From positions 68,248,401 to 68,312,400 of the forward strand of contig NC_057718.1 of NCBI RefSeq assembly GCF_004010195.1: DNA of 64,000 nt, read 5' to 3'. The DNA comes from Chiloscyllium plagiosum (lineage: Eukaryota). The notes under the pieces are model-generated. The model was not told where the DNA came from. It saw only the letters and a list, made by a program, of their open reading frames with translations, and ran no database searches. Position numbers and translations under genes: made by a program. Positions 55,535 through 64,000 of the stretch are shown piece by piece; position 1 is the first letter of the stretch; every line of letters begins with the position of its first letter.

Positions 55535-55632
55535 TTCCTGATGAAGGGCTTATGCCTGAAATGTCAACTCTCCTGTTCCTTGAATGCTGCCTGACCTGCT
55601 GTGCTTTTCCAGCACCACATTTTTTGACTCTG
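55535..55632 (+). mobile_element. PLE terminus fragment with a decayed hammerhead
   Basis: CTGATGAAGGGCTTATGCCTGAAATGTC...GCTGCCTGACCTGCTG. Confidence 0.75.
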
Positions 55633-56704
55633 AATATTCTACATGCAGCTATACAGTAAGTATAAATGCATTTTATAAACTTAATATACTTTTGACAAAT
55701 TGCTGTTCAGTGAGTGTGTTGATGTTATGGCTGGTCAAATATTTCCTGGATAATAACATCTCTTTCTGGCCACTGGATGTCACTGTGTAATAACCATACA
55801 TTAGTTTGTTCATTCCAGGATACTGTGTAGTGTTACCCAGGGGACTGGAAAAATGTGCTGCAACAATGCATCAAAGGAATCTTGTTGGTAGGAATTACTG
55901 ATGGGACACAAGCATGGATAAGGACAATATTGTTTTAACACAGCAATGACTTTTATTAATCTAGGCCTTTAACATAAGAAAGCCTTCAAGGAATGTAATC
56001 AAGCAAAATTGAAACTAAGCCAAACAAGGGGATATTAGATGAAGGGTTATTATCTTCAAATGTTGAAAAGGGAGGAGGAGACAGAGCTGCTTTATCCTGG
56101 ATGGTGTTGAGCTTGTTAAGTACTGTTAGAGCTGGCTTCTTCAAACACAGAGTTTTTTACTGCACAAAGCGGCACAAAGTGGACACACACTGTGTCCACA
56201 CTGGTCATCAAGTATCTGTCTGTTCTAATCCCATTTTATAGCACGTGCCTTATATGCTGTGGCATTTTAAGTGCTCATCTAAATACTTAAATCTTTCCCA
56301 CCTCTACCATGCTTTTAGACAGTGAGTTCCAGATAGCAACCACCCTCTAGTGAAAAGATTCCTCCTCAAATCCCCTCTTAACTCCCTGTTCCTTACTATC
56401 AAACTGTACTCTACTAAAGGGAAAGGTTTCATCCCATCTACCATCCATGCCTGTCATAACTTTATATAGCACAATCAGGTCCCTCCCCATCATCCTTCTC
56501 TGCTATAAGGAAAACAAAACCCAACCCTTCAAAGCTGAATCGCAACAATTTGGTGAATATTTTCTATACCCTCTTTTGTCTACTTATATTATTTCAATTG
56601 TGTGGTGACCAGAACTGCATACTGTAATTCAGCTGTGGTCTAACTAACATTCAATACAGCTCCATCACAACCTCCTTGCTCCTGTATTCAATGCTTTTTG
56701 AATG

Positions 56705-57060
56705 GGGAGGTGATGGCTGAGTGATGTTATTGCTAACTAATTAATCCAGACACCCTTGTAATGTTCTGAGGATCTGGGTTCGAATCCTGCCGTGGCAGAT
56801 GGTGAAATTTTAAATTCAATAAATATTTCAAATTATGAGTCTAACGAAGGCAGTGAATTGTTGATCGGCAAGAGAAAAAGCATCTGCTACACTAATGTTC
56901 TTTAGGGAAGGAAAGTGTTGTCCCTACCTGCTCTGGCCTTAATATGACTCCAGACCCTACAACAATGTGGTTAACACTTTATTGCCCTCTGGACAATTAA
57001 GCATGTGATAATAAATGTTAACCTGGCCAATGATGTCTACATCCCATGAATGAATGAAAC
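56705..57060 (+). mobile_element. tRNA-headed SINE (second family) inside a minus-strand CR1
   Basis: B-box GGTTCGAATCC; homologous to the split copy at 35237/42488. Confidence 0.8.
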
Positions 57061-57110
57061 AAGGCAAACATCCCACATACTTTCTCAACCTATCTCATCT
57101 ACCTGTCCTG

Positions 57111-58848
57111 AAAACAAAAAAAATGCTGGAGACCACATCAGGTCAGACAGTATCCATGGAAAGCAAGCCAACGTTTCAAGCTGAGATGACACTTCATCAA
57201 AGCTGAAGTGAAATGGGGAAGGGGCAGCATTTATGCAATAATTGGGGTTGGGGTGGTGGTGGAGTGGAGTGCTGGGGGAGAAAGGATGTTGAGAGTTTAA
57301 ATTAACTGATTGGAATGTGGGAATGGCAGAACAATGGTGTGTCTAACTGCCAGGGTTGAAAGAACAGAGTGCCACTAGAATGGAAGGATGGGAGAGGGTA
57401 CATTGGTGACAGAGAATATTACAAAAAAAGCTAAAAGAAAGGGAAGGAATGGGTCCACAATTTGAAGGTGTTGAACTCGACATTGAGCTCCAAAGGTTGT
57501 AAAGTGCCTACTTTGAAAATGAGATGTTGCTCCTCGATTCGCTGGAACACAGCAGCATGCCAAGGTCAGATAAGTGGGCATGCAAGCAGATTGCTGTGTT
57601 AAAATGACCGACTATGGTAAGGTCGGGGTTATGCTTGTGCACGGACTGGAGATGTTCTGCAAAGTGATCACTCAGTCTGTTTTGGGCTTCTCCAATGTAG
57701 AGTAGGCCACGTTGAGTGCAATGAACACAATTCATAATGTTGGAGGAGGTACAGGTGAAAATGCTGCTCTATCTGGAAAGACTGTTTAGGCCCTTGGATG
57801 GTGAGCAGGTTGGAGGCGAAGGAGGAGGTGTTACACCTTCTGTGGTTGCATGGGAAGGTGCCGTGGGAAATGGAAATGGTGTTGATGGTTGAGGAATGAC
57901 AGGGTGTCCTGGAGGGAATGATCCCTACAAAATGCAGATAGGGAGGAGGAGTGATGGGACTATGTGTTTGGTGGTGACATTCTGCTTGAGTTGTTTGAAA
58001 TGTCGGAGAATAATACTTTGAATACAGAGGCTGATGGGATGAAAAGTGAGAATAAAGGGGACCCAATCCTGCTGTTGAGTGATGGGAAGGGGCAAGGATG
58101 GAAGCACAGGTGATAGGTCAGATGTGATTGAGGGCCCCGTCAACCACCGTGGACGGGAAGTGATGGATATGGAAGAAGGAAGCCATGCAGTTTTCGAAAG
58201 TGGCATAATCCAAACAGATACAACATGATTAAAGGAACTGGGAGAATGGAATCCTTTCAGATATGGGGTATAAAGAGCTGTATTGAAGTATGGGAATCAG
58301 TGGCTTTGTAGTGGATGACACTGGACAGTTTATCCCCGAAATGGAGACAAGGAAGTGAAGTGAAGTGTCAGAAATGGCCAATGTGAAAGTTACAGAGGGG
58401 TGAATTTTGGAGGCAAAATGAACAAAGTTTTCAAGAACATGAAGTGGCACTGAAAGTCATTGATGTACTGCAAAAAGCACTGTTGGAGTGGATCAGTGTA
58501 GGCTTTGCTTCTTCCATTCTCTGTCAGCATGTCCTCTCTTCCCTCCCCCCACTCCAGTGGGACTGTCTGTTCTTTCCAGTCTGGCAGTTAGACACACCAG
58601 TGGTCTATCATTCTCACATTCTGATCATTCAATCTGAACTATCAACATCCTTTCTCCTCCAGCACTCCAAACCCCCTCACTACTGGATAAATGTTGCACC
58701 CTCCATGCTTCACTTCAGCTCTGATGAAGAGTTATCTAGACTTGAAGTGTTAGCTTACTTTCTCTCCATTGATGCTGTCTGACCTACTGTGGCCTCTAGC
58801 ATTTTTTGTTTTCAGTACAGATTCTAGCAACTACAGTAATTTGCTCAT
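57111..58848 (-). mobile_element. Neptune-type PLE with an inverted pLTR
   Basis: TSD TCATCTAC(C)CTGTCCTG at 57095-110 and 58849-65; CTQRGLLYIGE..RL.D.F.EH; inverted arms ~57111-57400 and 58525-58815. Confidence 0.85.
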
Positions 58849-61696
58849 TCATCTACCCTGTCCTGCTGCCTTCCAGGATCTATGGACATGCACACCAAAG
58901 AGCTTTTGATCCCCTCTATTTCCTAGAGTCTTACCATTCAAAGTATACGCCCTTTCCCCTTTAGATCTCCTAAAATACATCAACTTACTTTTCCAGGTAA
59001 AATTCCAGTTGCCATTGTTCAACCTATCTGAGCACCACCACACCACTAATTTTCATATAATGTGCAAACTTACTTATCATATCTCCTACATTCACATCTA
59101 GATCATTAATGTAAACAACAAAGCCTAAAGGAGCCATAATTGAATCCTGTGCTCCACCACTGTGCATGGTTTCCAGTCTCAAAAACATCCTTCGACTGTC
59201 ATCCTCTGGTTTCTACCACAAGGCCAATTTTGATCTGCATTGCCAAGTTGCCTGGATCCTATGGGTTCTTAGCTTCGTAAACAGTCTGCAATGCGAGAAT
59301 TTGTCAATAGCCCTAATGAAGTTCACATAGGCTACATCAACTGCACTACCCTCATCGATATATCTAGACACCGCCTTGAAAAATGTAATCAAATTTGTTA
59401 GACGTATCACTGAAGCCATGCTTATTATTCTTGATTAATCCTGACCTCTTCAAATGGACACTAATTCTGTCCCTCAGAATGTTTTCCAATGCTTTCTCTG
59501 TTAGACTCACTGGCCTGTATTTCCTGGAGTATCCTTACCCTCTATATTTTTAACAGCTGAGGCCCAAATATTCTTTCTTGAGCTATGCCACTAATTCCAG
59601 TCTATCAATGCAAGAATGACCCATTTATACTTGCTCTCTGTTTTCTATCTGTTGGTCAGTGTATTGCCTCCAACACCATGTGCTTTAATTTTGTTAGCCA
59701 ACCTCTTGTGGGGTCTTTATCAAAAGTCTTCTGAAAATTCAAATATGCTACACTCTTTGACTCCTCTTTACTAGTTTTGTTAGTAACATCCTCAAAAGAC
59801 TCCAACAACTTTGTCAAACTCAATTTTCCAATCATGCTATGTCCAATTAGATTATTTTTACCAGTGTCAATATATCCATATTTTATAACAAACTCTAGCC
59901 TTTTCCTATTAGTGGGATAAGGCTGGCAGGTCTTTAGATCTGTTACTGTTTTCCTCCTTGTTCCTTTCTTAAATAGGAGAGTGACATTTACAAGTTTCTG
60001 TTCCTTATGACTGGTGTAGGGCTGAAAAGTCTACATTTCCATGCTCCTTTCTGACATAGTGGTGTAATCTGCAGTATGACCCTATATGTGCTATCCACTT
60101 AGTCCGCTGCTTCAGAGATGTACAAAAGTGACTAGAGCTGCTGTTTGAGAACGGGAGCTCAAGCATGTGCAGCAAATGACACTTCCTGCTTGTCTGAGAG
60201 AAATGGTTATGTCCATGACTTCACACATATATTGTAGGATCTATGCTACATTTGTCCTCGCTAATTTGCAACTCCATAAATCTGAAAACTATTTGTTACC
60301 CTTAGAAGAAATATAAACTTAATAGCAAAACTGGTAACTTACATTTATTTCACTTATGTTAACTTTTTTTTCAGTTTTCCTTCATTATTTTACTCTAGTT
60401 TGACTTGATTTAATTTCCTCTCTATTTTCTAGAGTCATAGAATCATACAGAATCGAAACATCCTTTGGTCCAACCAATCCATGTCAAACATAATCCCAAA
60501 CTAAACTAGTCCCACCTGCATGTCCATGGCCCATATTCCTCTAAATCTTTCCTATTCTTGTACTTGTCCAAGTGTCTTTTAAATGTTGTAATTGTACCCA
60601 TAGCCACCACTTCCTCAAGAAGTTTATTCCACCCGTGAACCACCTGAAAGACATTTGACCCTCATGTCTTTTTTAAATCTATCTCCTCTCACTTTAAAAA
60701 TGTGCCCTGGTCTTGAAATCCTCCATCCTTTGGATAAGACAACTGCCATTAATTCTATCTATACCCCTCATTATTTTATAAACTTCTATCCGATTGCCTC
60801 TCAACCTCCTAAGTTCCAGTGGAACAACATCCCAACCTATCCAGTCTTACTTTATAACTCAAATCTTCCATACCTGGCAACATTCTGGTAAATTTCTTCT
60901 GAACCCTGTCCAGCTTAATAATATCCTTCCCATAACTGAGCGACCAGAACTGGACACAGTATTCCAGATGAGGCCTCACCAATGTCTTGTACAACATGAC
61001 TTCCCAAATCCTATACTCAAAGGACTGAGCAATGAAGGCAAGCATGCCAAATGCTTTTTAACTATCCTGTCTATATGTGATGCAAACTTCAAAGAATTAT
61101 GTATCTGTACCCCTAGGTCTCTCTATTCTAGAACACTACCCAAAGGCCTACCAATTGCATTAAGCCTAATTTTTTTGATGTACTAAAATGCAATACCTTG
61201 AATTTATCCAGATTGAACTCTATCTACCATTTTTCAGTCCATTGACCCATTTGATCAAGTTCCCTTTGTAATCTTAGAAGAACTTCACTGTCTGCTATGG
61301 CACCAATTTTGGTGTCATCCACTAATTTTTGAACTATGCCTTCTACATTCACATCCAAATAATTCATATACATGATAAACAAAGAGTAAAAGAGAACCCA
61401 GAACCAATCCCTGTGGAACACCGCCGGTGACAGGCCTCCAGTCTGAAAATCAACCCTCCTTCATCACTCTGTCTCTTGCCATCAAGCCAATTTTACATCA
61501 CCTTGAATCCCATGTGACCTTTCTTAACTAATTAGTCTACCATGCAGAACATCCTTCCACCAAAATGCATTACTTCACATTTCTCTGCATTGAAATTCAT
61601 CTGCCAGGTGTCTGTCCATTGGGCCAATTTGTCAATGTTCCTCTGAAGTTACTCAGTATGATCCTCACAATTCACTATTCCCTCTAGTTTAATATC

Positions 61697-62122
61697 GCTG
61701 TGGTTCTGTTCGCCGAGCTGGAAGTTTTTGTTGCAAACGTTTCGTCTCCTGTCTAGGTGACATCTTCAGTGCTTGGGAGCCTCCTGTGAAGCGCTTCTGT
61801 GGTGTTTCCTCCGGCATTTATAGTGGCCTGTCCCTGCCGCTTCCGGTTGTCAGTTTCAGCTGTCCGCTGTAGTGGCCGGTATATTCGACTGGGACAACAC
61901 TACCATTATAAGGCAAGCCAAACAAAGAACAGCCAGCGAATTCCTAGAACAGGCCACTATAAATGCTGGAGGAAACACCACAGAAGCACTTCACAGGAGG
62001 CTCCCAAGCACTGAGGATGTCACCTAGACAGGGGACGAAACGTTTGCAACAAAAACTTCCAGCTCGGCGAACAGAACCACAGCAACGAGCACCCGAGCTA
62101 CAAATCTTCTCACAAACTTTGA
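61697..62122. mobile_element. Young fold-back Penelope (Poseidon-type) insertion
   Basis: TSD AGTTTAATATC at 61686-96 and 62123-33; near-identical inverted arms ~61697-61832 and 61948-62083; the spacer includes FDWDNTTII...EFLE (GIY-YIG C-terminus). Confidence 0.88.
62008..62047 (+). ncRNA. Minimal hammerhead ribozyme motif (inverted copy at 61733-61772)
   Basis: GCA-CTGAGGA-T-GTCACCT(AGAC)AGGGGAC-GAAA-CG-TT-TGC. Confidence 0.72.
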
Positions 62123-62334
62123 AGTTTAATATCATTTGCATGTTTAGAGATTTTGCCCTCCATACCCATCTGTAAATTGTTCATATGAATCAGAAAAAGC
62201 AAGGGTCCCTACATTAATCCCTGGGGAATACTACTTTCAATTTGTCTCCAATTTGAGAAATACCCATATTATCACTCCTCTGTTTCCTATCTTTTAGCCA
62301 ACTTCTAACCCATACTGCCAAGGACCCAGAAAGC

Positions 62335-63020
62335 TGCAACAGGAAGGGACTTGGGGAATACTTGTGAAACACAGATAGCTAGCACACAGGCAGGAGGTAA
62401 TCAGGAATGCTAATGGAATGTTGGTCCTTATTTCAAGGGAGTTGGAGTATAAGAGTCGGGAAGTCTTATTGCAATGTACAACACGCTGGTGAGACCACGT
62501 CTGGAGTACTGTGAACAGTTTTGCCCCTCTTTTTGCAGAAAATATGTCACTTCATTGGAGACAGTTCAGAGAAGGTTCATTAGGATGGGCCTTGGAATGG
62601 AGGGATTGTCTTGTGAGCAAAGGCTAAACAGGTTGGAATTCTGTTCTTTGGAAGTTACAAGAATAGGAGGTGATCTCATTGAGATATATAGGATTCTTAA
62701 GGTGCTTGAGGGGTAAATACTGAGAGGATGTTTTCCCTCATGGGAAAGTCTAGGACCAGAGGGCATAGTCTCAGAATAAAGGCACACCAATTTAAGACTG
62801 AGATGAGGAGGAATTTCTTCTTTCAGAGGGTTGAGAGTCTTTAGAACACTTTGCCACAGACAGCTGTAGCGACAGAATACTTATATATGTTTAAGGCTGA
62901 GATAGATTCCTGATCTTTCGAGTCATCATGGATTATGGTGAAAGTGGATGTTGGTTGATTCTATTGAATGGTGGAGCAGGTTCAAGGGGCTGAATGGCAT
63001 ATACCTGAACCTATTTCTTA
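62335..63020 (+). mobile_element. CR1-group LINE 3' fragment
   Basis: LVRPRLEYC.QF, GDLIEIYRIL, SRTRGH. Confidence 0.88.
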
Positions 63021-63107
63021 CAATAGCATTGAAATGAACAGCTGCACCATTTCAAGTATGGAGAAGAAATTTCTCAGTGTTGATCTCTGTCTGTTTCCCA
63101 TGCACAG

Positions 63108-63457
63108 ATCCATTGGCTGATCCAATCCTCATTCGGTATCCAGTGGTCAGCAAGGTTGCAGAGGGTGAAACTGTTGAGTTCCAGTGTGCCATGTACAATG
63201 CTAATGTGATTGACAGTGATGTGCACTGGTACTACCAGCAACAGGGAGTGGTTGATGAACCAGTTTGTGGATGGTACCCTCACCAGGGCCCAGGGTTTTG
63301 ACTATCATGTTCAGCTTTCCAGGAATGTCAGCAGGAACGCTTATAGCCTGAGCCTTGTGAATGCAACTTTCAATGATACTGCTGTGTACCGCTGCTGTGT
63401 ACTACTGTAGTGTGTGGAGCTCCATCTTTGGAACAGGGAACCAGCTCAATGTAACTG
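63108..63457 (+). pseudogene. Ig-superfamily V-set exon, germline-joined VJ type (antigen-receptor-like), two frameshifts
   Basis: Acceptor ttcccatgcacAG (63106-07) and donor G|GTGAGT (63458), both phase 1. Motifs EGETVEFQC...DVHWYYQQ, then in another frame EWLM...SRNVSRNAYSLSL.NATFNDTAVY. Removing a 13-bp duplication (63379-63402) gives YYCSVWSSIFGTGNQLNVT. Confidence 0.85.
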
Positions 63458-64000
63458 GTGAGTCGATGAGAGGTAACCCAAGGTCCTTGACCCAGCGACA
63501 CACCTCCAAGTCAGGTCGATGAGTGGCCCAGAGGAGAAGCCAGAGGTGGCAGTGCACCCGTTGCCCCTATCCCTCCAGATGCAAGCAGCTGCGGGCCTGG
63601 AAGGTGCCACCCGGCGAGGGTCAGCGTATCCTACAGATGGCACCGAGTGTTGGCAATGGAGGGAGTGGATGTCTGGGTGGTGGGTGGGATCACGAAGAAG
63701 CAAGCTGCCATATTGTGAATGGTGGAAGCCGCCTGCATGATATTTGAACCCCACTAATTTAAATAACTTGACAGTTTTCCATTACAAATCCAACCCAAGC
63801 CCCGCAGACGGCAGACAGACCTTGAGGAGCAAGGAGACGAGCCTCTGACCCGCTCCCATAGCCACTGCATTGATGCCAAATTATTCTTCAGCCCTGTTAA
63901 AAGAAGTCATTTCAGACTTGAAATGTAACTCTGATTCTCTCTGATGCTGCCAGACCAGCTGTATTTCTCCAGAACTTTCAATTTTACTTCTGATTTCCAA

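Larger units (their letters stand above)
50169..55700 (+). mobile_element. Old LTR/ERV-like element with tRNA-Ser PBS and decayed internal region
   Basis: 5' LTR TGTTGGAG(50169)...CTCCAACA(51823); PBS TGGCACTGTGAGCAG at 51826-40; donor AG|GTGAGT ~51885; PPT AAAGGGGAG at 55319-27; partial 3' LTR from 55329 aligns with the 5' LTR. Confidence 0.75.
56150..59950 (-). mobile_element. Old CR1 fragments hosting the SINE and PLE
   Basis: LTNLI.FF..V...IDEG.AVDV.Y. Confidence 0.7.
60430..62330 (-). mobile_element. CR1 LINE fragments
   Basis: LYKTLVRPHLEYCVQFWS and DDTKIG. Confidence 0.85.

Noticed and set aside
63395..63425. Recombination signal sequences near the V/J boundary
   Set aside because: No CACAGTG/CACTGTG heptamer with a spaced nonamer; TACTGTA/TAGTGTG are coding sequence.
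63446..63754. GC-rich short ORFs after the V exon
   Set aside because: No C1, transmembrane or other motif; treated as intronic.

Overview
Repeat-dominated vertebrate genomic DNA, very probably a shark (inferred from HE1 V-SINEs and HER1/CR1-type LINEs), with two assembly gaps (6075-6324, 7033-7532). No intact protein-coding gene is supported. Most of the window is decayed, nested transposable elements: many CR1 LINE fragments, including a near full-length copy with an esterase ORF1; two tRNA-headed SINE families; a Rex1/Babar LINE; a Gmr1-like Ty3/Gypsy element (PR-IN-RT-RH order, SCAN-like Gag, tRNA-Pro PBS); two other LTR/ERV-like families (tRNA-Leu and tRNA-Ser PBS); a Harbinger remnant; and many Penelope-like insertions. 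The Penelope-like insertions often fold back on themselves, have 10-19 bp TSDs and carry minimal hammerhead ribozyme motifs. The only clear host-gene relic is a frameshifted Ig-superfamily V exon at 63108-63457, with V and J-like parts joined in the germline and no RSS. All family assignments come from motif recognition by eye, not database searches.
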